Origin: Kofleriaceae bacterium
Lineage (GTDB): Bacteria > Myxococcota_A > Polyangia > Haliangiales > Haliangiaceae
NCBI GenBank assembly: GCA_965215005.1
Contig: CBDCCZ010000024.1
Coordinates: 1-54,699 of the forward strand
Direction: 5' to 3'
DNA: 54,699 nt
In this document: positions 1-8,467 of the stretch, piece by piece
Layout: every line of letters begins with the position of its first letter
How positions within the stretch are numbered: the first letter of the stretch is position 1
Made by a program: the position numbers and the translations under genes
Notes under the pieces: generated by a model
What the model was told of the DNA's origin: nothing
Databases searched by the model: none
The model's input: only the letters and a program-made list of their open reading frames with translations

Positions 1-101
1 TTCACGACCTCAGTCGATCTCATTTTTGGAGTCCCTGGTGTTCCTGCACAGGATCCAGCCAGGACGGACAACAGCACGACCAGAATCGACCTTTGCAACA
101 C
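1..101 (-). CDS. Putative lipoprotein, N-terminal fragment (runs off the left edge)
   Basis: Not in the ORF track. GTG at 101-99 preceded by AAAGAGG; translates as MLQRSILVVLLSVLAGSCAGTPGTPKMRSTEVV..., a hydrophobic signal peptide with lipobox-like LAGS-C. Confidence 0.6.
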   Translation of the reverse strand, partial: MLQRSILVVLLSVLAGSCAGTPGTPKMRSTEVV

Positions 102-123
102 ATTGCCTCTTTCAGTTGAGACG

Positions 124-156
124 CCACTCCCCAGCCAGCTCTGCGACGGAGAGTGG
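124..156 (-). terminator. Stem-loop between cryptic peptide ORF and downstream lipoprotein gene
   Basis: Minus-strand RNA CCACUCUCC...GGGGAGUGG forms a 9-bp stem with one G:U pair (the pair forms only on the minus transcript); no clear U-tract. Confidence 0.45.
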
Positions 157-163
157 TCCGAAC

Positions 164-262
164 CTAAGCGTTCTGAGTGCCGGCAGTGTGCTGGCTGTCT
201 TCTCCCCCCGCAACTTGTCGAAGCTCCTCGCTAACCAACTCATGTAAATCCAGATCTCTGAG
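164..262 (-). CDS. Cryptic small double-glycine-leader peptide (start codon non-canonical or damaged)
   Basis: Frame reads LRDLDLHELVSEELRQVAGG-EDSQHTAGTQNA-stop(TAG 166-164). ELxxEELxxVxGG is a classic double-Gly leader motif. RBS-like GAGAGGGG at 277-270, but the codon at the expected start (262-260) is CTC. Confidence 0.45.
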   Translation of the reverse strand, partial: LRDLDLHELVSEELRQVAGGEDSQHTAGTQNA

Positions 263-385
263 GGTGTTTCCCCTCTCGTGGCAATGAATGGTGAGACAGC
301 GGCCCTCGGAATTGGATATAGGAACCGAGGGGGGCGTAAAAAGCGCTTACCCGTGCCGAAACCGAAGAACAATCAGACCTAAGTC

Positions 386-490
386 GTGGCGTCGCCAGCC
401 TGCGACCGTCGCCAGCGGCGCCGATTCAGTGCCGCGGACAAAGAGCGCATCCTGAGCGAGGCCGATGGCTGCACCGAGCTCGCCCATGCC
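386..490 (+). mobile_element. IS3-family transposase OrfA remnant
   Basis: RRQRRRFSAADKERILSEADGCTE resembles the HTH N-terminus of IS3-family OrfA (RRxFSxExKxRILxEADAC); similarity is lost after ~35 codons. Confidence 0.5.
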
Positions 491-726
491 GCTTACCGTT
501 GCTTCGCTCCGGTCGCGCCGCTCACCCACTCCGGCATACCAACACCAACTCCAACGCACCCCGTCCACATCCAACAGCCGCTGCCGCCGAGCCCATCAGG
601 TGGGTCACGTTCGCGCTACAGCGCCGAACAGCCTCCCAATCAACGTGGCTTACATGCACGCCCGCAAGTTCATCACGATAAAGGCGCCGCTGAGGCGAGC
701 TCACAGCGGCCGCGGGCTTTACCGCT

Positions 727-2679
727 TTACCACCGTCGATAACTATTGCTTTTTTGGTCGAACTCCTGTGGGCGTCGGCGACGTCCCGCTTGTATTCCGC
801 ACGAAGAGAAGCAGATCGTACGTCTCGTCGAGTAGCGCGGGGCTGACGGTGGTTTTTCTCCCCCCCCATACACCGCACTAACTGAGCGCACATCCTGCGG
901 AGCCGCGAACCAACGCTTTGTTGGGCCCTTCGCCGACCTCAGGTCGACCAAGAACACCCGCTCGTCCATCTGTTTGAACATCTCTTCGACTGTGCCACGC
1001 GCAGGCGCGTGGATAGTGAATTCCTTTACCCTCGGCAAGCTTAGAATCATAGGCACGAAAGCCCACCCCTGCCCGAACATCGCCCCGATCGCTAAGTACG
1101 AATCTTTTAATTCATCTTCAAGATATGCACCCATCAGAGGGAACTCAAGCACCCTGCCCTTGCCGATGTGAGCATTGTGGCCCCACGCGACTACCTTTGC
1201 GCCCGGCGCTTCAAGCCGCAGGATCCGCAGGAGATTGGCTGCCATTGCTTGTTCCCGCAGGTCTGCGCGCGCAAGCCCGACGGCCGAGTACATCTCAATC
1301 GCCTGCCGAATCACCTCGATATTCGCAATGGCCTGCTCTCTCTCACCTTGGTCTTCAGGCGAATATGAACCAGCCTCCAGGCCACGAATGAGCGTCGCTA
1401 GCCCCTCAAGCTGCGTCAGCGTCTTTTCTCGAAGAGTGTTCTCCACCTGGCGAATCTCCGCAGGTGTTTGTTGCAAGAACCTAAACGTTTCAGCATAGTT
1501 ATCTCCACGCTTTGGGAATCTCTTGCTAACAAACTGCTCGAGCTGCTTTGCCCCGCTCCGGGTGTACACCATGTCGAAACCATAGACGCGAACTCGGTCT
1601 GATATTCGCAAATTTGAGTTGTAGTGCCTCAACCAGCGGAGGACATCGAGAAACTCATGAGTGTCCCAAATCCAGTATTCGAGACCTGCGAGGCCTTGCT
1701 CAAGGTCACCCCGGCCATGAACGACATAATCATCTAGCGCGCGAGCCTCATTCCAACCAGCTTCGATGGCGAGAACGCTGAAACCTCTCTCCTCGATAAG
1801 ATACTTCAATAGTTCACTTCTCAGCTGCACGAACTCTCGCGTACCATGTGTTGCCTCCCCCATGCCGACGAGCGTCGCATCACCGATACGCTTCCCAAAT
1901 TCAGCGAGCGATACCGACGACGCAGCGGGGCCAAGCGAGATCATTGAATTCTGCACCCAATCTGCGACCTGCTTCGGTGTGGCCATCGCGCCCAAGGGTG
2001 AGAGTTCAATGTTAAGCGTAAGAGTTCTTTCTTCATCCTTCGCTGGCCCCGCGCGACGGCCCGCAATCGTGTAACCAGGGCCATCGGCGACTATAAAGTG
2101 CTCGCCATCCGGCACCTTAAAAACGTATCGCCCTTCATCGCTGAGGGAGGAGCAGTAAATCTCTTGAACGCGGTCACCGAGTCGAAACGCGCGCACGAGA
2201 ATGTGCTTGCGGTCTCCACTACTCACGTTGCGTACGCTGCCCGAGAATTCTCTCCTCATCTCATTCAGCGGAAGCTCAACAGTCGCTGGGATTGCAGGAT
2301 CTCGCCCCACGTCGAAAGGACCTGCGTACGCGGTAGCGCCACCCAAGAGCGTAGCGGTCATGACATACTCCCCAGCGGGGAGCTTCGGGATTTTGAAGTT
2401 TCCATCGCCATCTATAGAAACAGCTGCCACGGGCCGCGCAGCGAAGGCAGCTACGGCTGTTGAGAATACGCACACTTCACCAGCGAGCGGAGGAGTGGCA
2501 CCGGTTATGCTTCCAAGCATCGACCACGGCGCATCGGGTATGTGTTCTCCTGCAACCGCTGGTGATACAGCGGGACGCGGCGATGGCGGACTTCCCTCGA
2601 CTAGCTGGTTGCCCGTCTTGCACGCCACTAGGGCGCACACCCAACCGAGCAGTGTCAACAACAGGGCACGCACTGTCAT
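727..2679 (-). CDS. Erythromycin esterase (Ere)-family lipoprotein with N-terminal carboxypeptidase-regulatory-like beta-sandwich domains
   Basis: Lipobox LVAC. Ere motifs GEATHG, LAIEAGW, YGFDM and WGHNAH. Probable frameshift at the poly-G tract near 860-868: the alternative frame gives an Ere-like end (ETYDLLLFVRNTS...KKQ, stop at 745-743). A probable compensating indel pair lies near 1030-1066. Confidence 0.85.
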   Translation of the reverse strand: MTVRALLLTLLGWVCALVACKTGNQLVEGSPPSPRPAVSPAVAGEHIPDAPWSMLGSITGATPPLAGEVCVFSTAVAAFAARPVAAVSIDGDGNFKIPKLPAGEYVMTATLLGGATAYAGPFDVGRDPAIPATVELPLNEMRREFSGSVRNVSSGDRKHILVRAFRLGDRVQEIYCSSLSDEGRYVFKVPDGEHFIVADGPGYTIAGRRAGPAKDEERTLTLNIELSPLGAMATPKQVADWVQNSMISLGPAASSVSLAEFGKRIGDATLVGMGEATHGTREFVQLRSELLKYLIEERGFSVLAIEAGWNEARALDDYVVHGRGDLEQGLAGLEYWIWDTHEFLDVLRWLRHYNSNLRISDRVRVYGFDMVYTRSGAKQLEQFVSKRFPKRGDNYAETFRFLQQTPAEIRQVENTLREKTLTQLEGLATLIRGLEAGSYSPEDQGEREQAIANIEVIRQAIEMYSAVGLARADLREQAMAANLLRILRLEAPGAKVVAWGHNAHIGKGRVLEFPLMGAYLEDELKDSYLAIGAMFGQGWAFVPMILSLPRVKEFTIHAPARGTVEEMFKQMDERVFLVDLRSAKGPTKRWFAAPQDVRSVSAVYGGGEKPPSAPRYSTRRTICFSSCGIQAGRRRRPQEFDQKSNSYRRW

Positions 2680-2735
2680 TGGCTAGGTTATACCTCTCAG
2701 GCGGAAACGTTTGCGATTCATAGAAGGACCAGCAT

Positions 2736-2770
2736 CTATTCCGGCGCCGAAGTCAGCGGCGCCGGAATAG
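2736..2770 (-). terminator. Strong stem-loop between peptide precursor gene and Ere-like gene
   Basis: Perfect 14-bp inverted repeat CTATTCCGGCGCCG / CGGCGCCGGAATAG with a 7-nt loop, 33 nt after the peptide stop. No U-tract, so it could be a stabiliser or partial terminator. Confidence 0.7.
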
Positions 2771-2972
2771 GTTGCTTGTTAAGTTTTTGTCACAGGTGGG
2801 CTGTTATCCACACGCTTCGTCGGTAGAGCATGCGGCCTGCGCCGCCGCGCTAGTGACGATTCCGCCAACAGCGTTCTTGAGCTCGCCGAGCGTCAGGCTC
2901 TTGACCGTTTGACGAGCAAGAATTAGCTTCCTTCTTATGTTGTGTTCTGTCCCTATCAGTCGACTGTCGACT

Positions 2973-4540
2973 GGGTGTAGATCCAATCCTGAATTTGCGC
3001 CGCACCGGGAATCCGGATCGATTTCAGTTGGTTAGAGGGGCATGAGCAAGAAAGCCACCGCCCGAAAGAGCGCGCCTTGTACAACCACCACGGCGAAAAC
3101 CCGTAGCGATCGCGTCGCAGAGATCATGGGCTTCGTCGATGCTCAGCGGATGCAAAAGGATCTCAAGCCCGGCTGGTTCGAGGAGGTCGAGGCGGAGCTG
3201 CGGGAAAAGATGCTCGAGCTTGAGCGTGACCTGACGGCCGAAGTGATGGCCGCGCACGACGTGGACGCCGCAGCCCTCGAGATCGATGGCAAGGTTCACC
3301 GACGAGTGCTCCGCGCCGCGCAGACCTACATGACGGCGGCTGGGCCGGTGACGGTCGAGCGGTGGCTCTACCGTGATCGCAACGACGATACTGCGCGCAG
3401 TGTCAGCCCGATGGAGGCCAAGCTCGGGTTGATCGACTTCTGGACGCCGCGCGCAGCCAAGCAAGGATTCTGGCTGGTCTCGCAAATGACGCCGCAGAAG
3501 GCCGAAGAGGCGCTTCGACGCTTGGGAATCATGAATCCGTCCAAGAGCAGTCTCGACCGGCTGCCGAAGTTGCTGAGCGAGCGGTGGGAGGCCGACCGCG
3601 CGGCGCACGAAGCCGCACTCCGCGATGCCCTGACCGTCCCGGAAGGAACGACGTCTGTCGCCGTATCGCTCGACGGCGTGCTAGCACCCATAGACGGCGG
3701 GAAGCGGCCAAGCGAGGTGCGCAACGCTGCCGCCCGACAAGGCCGTATCAGCAAAGGGCCCGCCGGCTACCGTGAAGTGGGATGCGGTACCGTTTCGTTC
3801 TGCGATTCCGAGGGAGACCTGCTGGGTGCGATCCGCATTGCGCGCGCACCGGAGGCAAAGAAGCGAACGCTTAAAGAGTCGCTCATCGCCGAGTTAACGG
3901 CGGTCCTTCGGCAGCGCCCCGACCTCAAGGTCGTCAAAGTCGCCGACGGCGCGATCGACAACTGGAACTTCCTCACGAATGAGCTTCCCGACGGTGAGGA
4001 AGCGCTCGACTTTTTCCACGCCACCGAGCACCTGCACGCTGCCATTGCCGCTGCCTACGGCGACGGCACTCGAGAAGCTCGGCTGCGGTTCGAAGAGCTC
4101 CGTGAGATTCTGCGCGACGATGATGGCGGGGTGGAGCGAGTCATCCGCGCGCTCGACAACCTCCGACGCCGATTCCCGCGTCGAGAGAAGCTCCGCCAGT
4201 GTGCTGCCTACTTCCGCAAGAACCGGCGTCGCATGCAGTACGCGGCGCTCAAAGCGGAGGGCCTACCCATCGGCTCGGGCGTCGTTGAGGCCGCATGCAA
4301 GACTCTCGTTGCGCAGCGCCTCAAGCTCAGCGGTATGCGCTGGGGCCACGGCGCGCAAGCCATTCTTACCGCACGCGGCTGGGATCAAAGCGAGCGTTTC
4401 GACCAAGCCTGGGCACTGCTCGCTGCGCACTACCAGGCTGAAGTTCATGTCCTAGCCAACGTGGTGCCTTTCAGTCCAGCGTGGTCTCGAAAGCGGTGAC
4501 GCCGCTGCGGCCTGAGATGCGCAGGATCAGAACTACACCC
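2973..4540 (+). mobile_element. ISKra4-family (IS256-like/Mutator-type DDE) insertion sequence, 1568 bp
   Basis: Terminal inverted repeats GGGTGTAGATCCAATCCTG... and (reverse complement of right end) GGGTGTAGTTCTGATCCTG...; flanked by AGTCGACT(GTCGACT) on the left and AGTCGACT on the right; single transposase ORF. Confidence 0.85.
3042..4499 (+). CDS. ISKra4-family DDE transposase
   Basis: Motifs SLDG, VADGA, LDFFHATEHL and GLPIGSGVVEAACKTLVAQRLKLSGMRW. Confidence 0.9.
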   Translation: MSKKATARKSAPCTTTTAKTRSDRVAEIMGFVDAQRMQKDLKPGWFEEVEAELREKMLELERDLTAEVMAAHDVDAAALEIDGKVHRRVLRAAQTYMTAAGPVTVERWLYRDRNDDTARSVSPMEAKLGLIDFWTPRAAKQGFWLVSQMTPQKAEEALRRLGIMNPSKSSLDRLPKLLSERWEADRAAHEAALRDALTVPEGTTSVAVSLDGVLAPIDGGKRPSEVRNAAARQGRISKGPAGYREVGCGTVSFCDSEGDLLGAIRIARAPEAKKRTLKESLIAELTAVLRQRPDLKVVKVADGAIDNWNFLTNELPDGEEALDFFHATEHLHAAIAAAYGDGTREARLRFEELREILRDDDGGVERVIRALDNLRRRFPRREKLRQCAAYFRKNRRRMQYAALKAEGLPIGSGVVEAACKTLVAQRLKLSGMRWGHGAQAILTARGWDQSERFDQAWALLAAHYQAEVHVLANVVPFSPAWSRKR

Positions 4541-4630
4541 AGTCGACTCGAAGTCTTCCTCATCTTAGCTCCTTGCTGCAGTTGCTTCTATCAATGGACC
4601 ACGGAAAGCAATATATCCGAGAAGCTCTAT

Positions 4631-7600
4631 CTAATTACAGGCTATCGCCTTGTCGTCTTCGAGCGTCCGGATGTGGACGCGCTCATCCGCTATGCCCCCG
4701 TAGGTGACGTTGGCCGACGAGATTGCCGAGAGCGGACGATTCGACGAACTGCCATCGGTGCCTATCACTTCGACCGAAGGCCATAGTCGAACCGCACCGT
4801 CATTCGCAGTCGCGGCCATTAGGTTGTCCGACGGAGAAATGGCTATGTCCAAAAGTTCCGCGCCGGGAACGCGGTGAATCGATATATCACCGTCCGCACG
4901 CCGCCAAACGCGCAATGCACCATCGCTACCCACGCTCGCTACAAAATCTCCACTGGAGCTTACTGCCACGCCTTGAGCCGGCCCCTCATGATTGAATCGG
5001 GCCAGCTCCTCTCCAGAAGCAAGATCCCACACCGCTACCGCTCCACCGTCGAAAGCTGCCGCTAGCGAGCGACCATCGGCTGAGAGGGATAGGTCACGAA
5101 CAGCGCCAGAATGCCGTTTCCTGAAACGATAGATGCCTAGGCGCCAGTCAATCACGTGGACCACTCCGTCATGATCTCCAGCAACGGCCAGGTTAAGCGC
5201 TGACGACACCACTAGTTGATAGAACGAGGCGGCGCTGCGAGCGACTATTCTTGATGTGCCCGCCTTGTGAACTCGTATCGTGCCGTCGCGCCCGGCGCTG
5301 ATAATCGCCTTGTCTTGCTCGATGAATTCGACCTTGTATACTTCATCAGAGTGAGCCTCAATGCGACGGACACGTCCACTCTCAAGATCAAGTATCACGA
5401 CGACACCATCAGCTCCAGCTGTCGCCACTCTGTGACTGTCTGAAGACCATGCGACGTGTCTGACGATGCCGTCATGTATCACACGGTGAATTGTCGCGCC
5501 GTTGCGCGTATCCCAGACACGCGCGCTTCGATCCCAGCTAGCTGAGGCAAGCAGCATGCCTGATGGCGCGAACGCCACCTGATACACAAGCTCTTGATGT
5601 CCGTGAAGTAACTGGCGCGCGTTATCGCGCAAACTCCATACTCGTACGCTCTTGTCCCTGCTGTCTGTAGCGAGACTCGATCCGTCTGGCGAAAAGACTG
5701 CATGGAACGTCGCGTCAGTATGTCCGCGTAAGATATTTTTGCCGCTGGGCTCGGATTGAGAGTAGCGAGAAATGTCCCAAATCCGCGCTGTGCCGTCGGT
5801 CGAAACGGATACGATTGCGGACGAGTCGCCAAACTTAAGCATTGGCACGGGCCCGCTATGGCCACGTAGCAGAGCGATTAGCCCTAAGCGAACTGAATAG
5901 AGCCGCACGACGCCACTCCCGTCTCCGACCGCGTAGAGGTCGCCGCCATAGCTGATACTTGCGGAGAGAGGTCCCGAAACATCCGAGCGGTAGACAAGCG
6001 AAGGCTCCTGGCCCGGTCGCCACACGGATACGGTTCCGTCGTAGCCGGTCGACAACACATAGTCACCATTGGCACTAATAGCCAGATCAGTCACCGCGGC
6101 GTTGTGTGGGTTAGCCGAACTCAGATCTCCTGTCCGAAGATCGCGAAAGAAGAGTGTGCCGTCACGCGAGCCCCACGCGAGGTAGCGCCCTGAGTTGGAG
6201 AAAACCGCCATCGTCAGACCAGATTTGTGTTCCGAGATGATGGTCGCTTCTCGAGAGGTTGTTCGCCAAAGAATCAAGCGGCCGTCATCGGCAGTAGACA
6301 CGAAGGTCGCTCCATCTGGCGAGAACTCTATCCATCGTACAGCTGCTATGTGCATGCGGCGGTCTGTCGAGCTTTTATCCTTTAGATCCGCAATCTTGAT
6401 TGTCCCGGCGGCGTCTCCCGATGCTACAAAGCGGCCATTTGGCGCGGCTGCTAGAGCATACACGATAGCGTCGTGGCGGGTCAGCTTGCTGACGGGCAGG
6501 GAGCCGCCGCGCCAAATGCTGATTGAATCGGGCTGATCGCTGTAAGCCATGAAGCGCCCGTCCTTAGGGAATGCGGGGATGCTGAGACCCCTGCTTGCGA
6601 CACACGCAACTCTGGCACCCGTACGAATATCGTGAAGGGCCAGGGACCCGCCGGGACTGGATACGGCCATTCGATTGGATGCGGGATCCAGCGCCAGATA
6701 GCGCAGCCTCCCACTTTCATACTCAAGAATATGGCGCGCGACTCCTCGGCTCTGCGCGTCCCGGCTGAGCTTTTTGACCAAATCTGGGTTGCCATTCCTA
6801 TGGATTTTCAGCCAAGCGATCGTCGCTGTTGGGTCGGTCGCAAGCGCGGACTGTGCGTTCCCGAGGATGACTTGATCACGCTGCTGCTGGGCGATCAGCG
6901 CATGGTTACGTGCCTGGTCACGTTCAGACACAATGCGCCGCGCTGAATAGCCGGCGGTCAGGAGGAGAGTCCCCCCGAGTATTGCGCTGACTATCGCGAC
7001 GGGGCGATGCCTGCGGAGGCAGCGGCGCAAGCGCTCCAGAGCGCCGTATCGATAGACGCTAATGAGGTTGCCGTTGAGATAGTGCCTGAGATCCAGAGCA
7101 AGCGCCTTGGCCGTCGAATAACGGTCTGCGGGATTTGGATGCATGCTCTTCGCGACAATCGCCGCGAGATCTGAGGGGGTATCGGGTTCTATCTCCCGTA
7201 CGGGCTTTGGAGAACCAGAACAGACCAGTCGGATCACCTCTCCAGCGGTTCTGCCAATATGCGGGAGGCGACCCGCTAGCAGGTTATAGAGAACTACGCC
7301 GAGCGCGTACACATCAGCTCGTTCGTCAACTCGCTCGCCTCGCGCTTGCTCTGGCGCCATGAAGGCGGGCGTCCCCACGATCTCTCCAGTCATGGTGGCA
7401 CTGAGACCGCCCGTGGACGAGAAGCCGGGGTCCGCGAGCTCAATGTCAGCGTTCAGGTCGATCGCGAGCCCCCAATCCACTACAAGGGTCTCACCGTAGT
7501 CTCCGAGCATCACATTCGACGGCTTCAGGTCGCGGTGGATGATGCCCCTACTGTGAGCAAACGCCATCGCGTCGGCGATGGCAATCACATGGGGCAGCAG

Positions 7601-8155
7601 GGTCATGCGCTCGTCCAGCGTCTTCTTGCTGGCGATGGCGTGCTTGAGACTCTGGCCCTCGACGAATTTCATCGTGTAGAAGGGGCGGCCGCTCGGCCAG
7701 CGGCCGGCGTCGTAGAGGGGAACTATCGATGGATGTTGGAGGCGGGCAGTGATGAGGGCCTCGCGCGTGAACCGGAGTTCGTCTTTTTTGCGACGGTGGT
7801 GAAGCTGCTTCAGTGCCACTTCACGACCGGTCTCGGCGTCGTAGGCGCGCGTAATGGTACCGAGACCGCCGCGGGCATGTTCAGTGATGAAGCAGTAGCG
7901 ACTCGCCTCGCGGATGGCCAGCTGGAACGGGGCCAAGGACTGAAGGTGAAGGTCGCCGGCGTCGCGCAACCCGCGGGTGTCTGGGGTAGGCGCGCCGCTG
8001 TCCTGGCCAGGGGTCGTGGGTTGCCGCCCGGTGATGCTGCGCGTGCCGTCGGCGTTCCCGCCATTGTCTGGCGCATCGCCGATGGCAGCCTGGCCGTCGA
8101 CGACGACGACGCCGGCGGAGGGCACGCGGGTGTGGGTGCGGGTTGGTTCGCTCAT
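4631..8155 (-). CDS. Membrane-anchored Ser/Thr protein kinase with C-terminal WD40 beta-propellers
   Basis: Hanks motifs ARGGLG, VALK, HRDLKPSN, DWG, GTPAFMAPE and DVYALG; TM helix PVAIVSAILGGTLLLTAGY; about a dozen GH...FSPDG...D.TARIWD-type repeats. Confidence 0.95.
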   Translation of the reverse strand: MSEPTRTHTRVPSAGVVVVDGQAAIGDAPDNGGNADGTRSITGRQPTTPGQDSGAPTPDTRGLRDAGDLHLQSLAPFQLAIREASRYCFITEHARGGLGTITRAYDAETGREVALKQLHHRRKKDELRFTREALITARLQHPSIVPLYDAGRWPSGRPFYTMKFVEGQSLKHAIASKKTLDERMTLLPHVIAIADAMAFAHSRGIIHRDLKPSNVMLGDYGETLVVDWGLAIDLNADIELADPGFSSTGGLSATMTGEIVGTPAFMAPEQARGERVDERADVYALGVVLYNLLAGRLPHIGRTAGEVIRLVCSGSPKPVREIEPDTPSDLAAIVAKSMHPNPADRYSTAKALALDLRHYLNGNLISVYRYGALERLRRCLRRHRPVAIVSAILGGTLLLTAGYSARRIVSERDQARNHALIAQQQRDQVILGNAQSALATDPTATIAWLKIHRNGNPDLVKKLSRDAQSRGVARHILEYESGRLRYLALDPASNRMAVSSPGGSLALHDIRTGARVACVASRGLSIPAFPKDGRFMAYSDQPDSISIWRGGSLPVSKLTRHDAIVYALAAAPNGRFVASGDAAGTIKIADLKDKSSTDRRMHIAAVRWIEFSPDGATFVSTADDGRLILWRTTSREATIISEHKSGLTMAVFSNSGRYLAWGSRDGTLFFRDLRTGDLSSANPHNAAVTDLAISANGDYVLSTGYDGTVSVWRPGQEPSLVYRSDVSGPLSASISYGGDLYAVGDGSGVVRLYSVRLGLIALLRGHSGPVPMLKFGDSSAIVSVSTDGTARIWDISRYSQSEPSGKNILRGHTDATFHAVFSPDGSSLATDSRDKSVRVWSLRDNARQLLHGHQELVYQVAFAPSGMLLASASWDRSARVWDTRNGATIHRVIHDGIVRHVAWSSDSHRVATAGADGVVVILDLESGRVRRIEAHSDEVYKVEFIEQDKAIISAGRDGTIRVHKAGTSRIVARSAASFYQLVVSSALNLAVAGDHDGVVHVIDWRLGIYRFRKRHSGAVRDLSLSADGRSLAAAFDGGAVAVWDLASGEELARFNHEGPAQGVAVSSSGDFVASVGSDGALRVWRRADGDISIHRVPGAELLDIAISPSDNLMAATANDGAVRLWPSVEVIGTDGSSSNRPLSAISSANVTYGGIADERVHIRTLEDDKAIACN

Positions 8156-8252
8156 CGATGCCCGGGCTCAGAGAAGGAAAGCGCCGGCATCTTAATGAAA
8201 ATGACGGCGTCGTAAAGCACTTCGTGGCGGGTTTTGGGGGTACGACAGCAGC

Positions 8253-8368
8253 GGTTACAGCGAGTGTAACTGATGCGGTCGAAGCCGAACCTGCATGAGC
8301 GAAGAATCTAGCGGGCTTGTATGCGCCAAGTGTAACTGTCACTCGCGGTGTAACTTTTGTGATTACAC
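8253..8368. promoter_or_regulatory. Cluster of GTAAC/GTTAC half-sites (putative enhancer-binding-protein sites)
   Basis: GGTTACA-N4-GTGTAACTG (8253-8272), GTGTAACTG (8330-8338) and palindrome GTGTAA-cttttgtga-TTACAC (8348-8368), 70-190 bp upstream of a sigma54 promoter. Confidence 0.5.
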
Positions 8369-8439
8369 TCTGCGTCGTCGGACGCGCGTTGTTCGGGGCC
8401 CTCTTTGGCTGGAACTGCGAGCTGGATTACGTGATATAG

Positions 8440-8455
8440 AGGCACGGCACTTGCG
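8440..8455 (+). promoter_or_regulatory. sigma54 (-24/-12) promoter
   Basis: AGGCACGGCACTTGCG has GG-N10-GC spacing and closely matches TGGCACG-N4-TTGC; ATG at 8468 follows. Confidence 0.7.
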
Positions 8456-8467
8456 AGATTGGTGGTT

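Larger units (their letters stand above)
2804..4563 (-). pseudogene. Double-glycine-leader peptide precursor (lanthipeptide-like), split by ISKra4-family IS
   Basis: RBS AAGGAG (4574-4569) and ATG (4563) lie right of the IS; the rest lies left of it. Joining through one AGTCGACT copy gives an in-frame 58-aa MRKTSSRLIGTEHNIRRKLILARQTVKSLTLGELKNAVGG-IVTSAAAQAACSTDEACG, with an LxLxRx5L motif, GG site and Ser/Thr/Cys core. Confidence 0.8.

Noticed and set aside
112..372. 86-aa ORF from the track as a real gene
   Set aside because: No recognisable motif; an overlapping frame carries a convincing GG-leader motif with RBS and hairpin.
727..2679. Bona fide macrolide resistance gene (ereA/ereB)
   Set aside because: Only fold-level motifs match; the lipoprotein signal, extra domains and context argue against assigning resistance.
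2804..2986. 60-aa ORF starting MDLHPVD as given in the track
   Set aside because: Its start lies inside the IS terminal repeat; the genuine RBS and ATG are at 4574-4561.
8156..8300. sigma54 promoter driving the WD40 kinase on the minus strand
   Set aside because: Candidate GG/GC pairs do not have the required 10-nt spacing.
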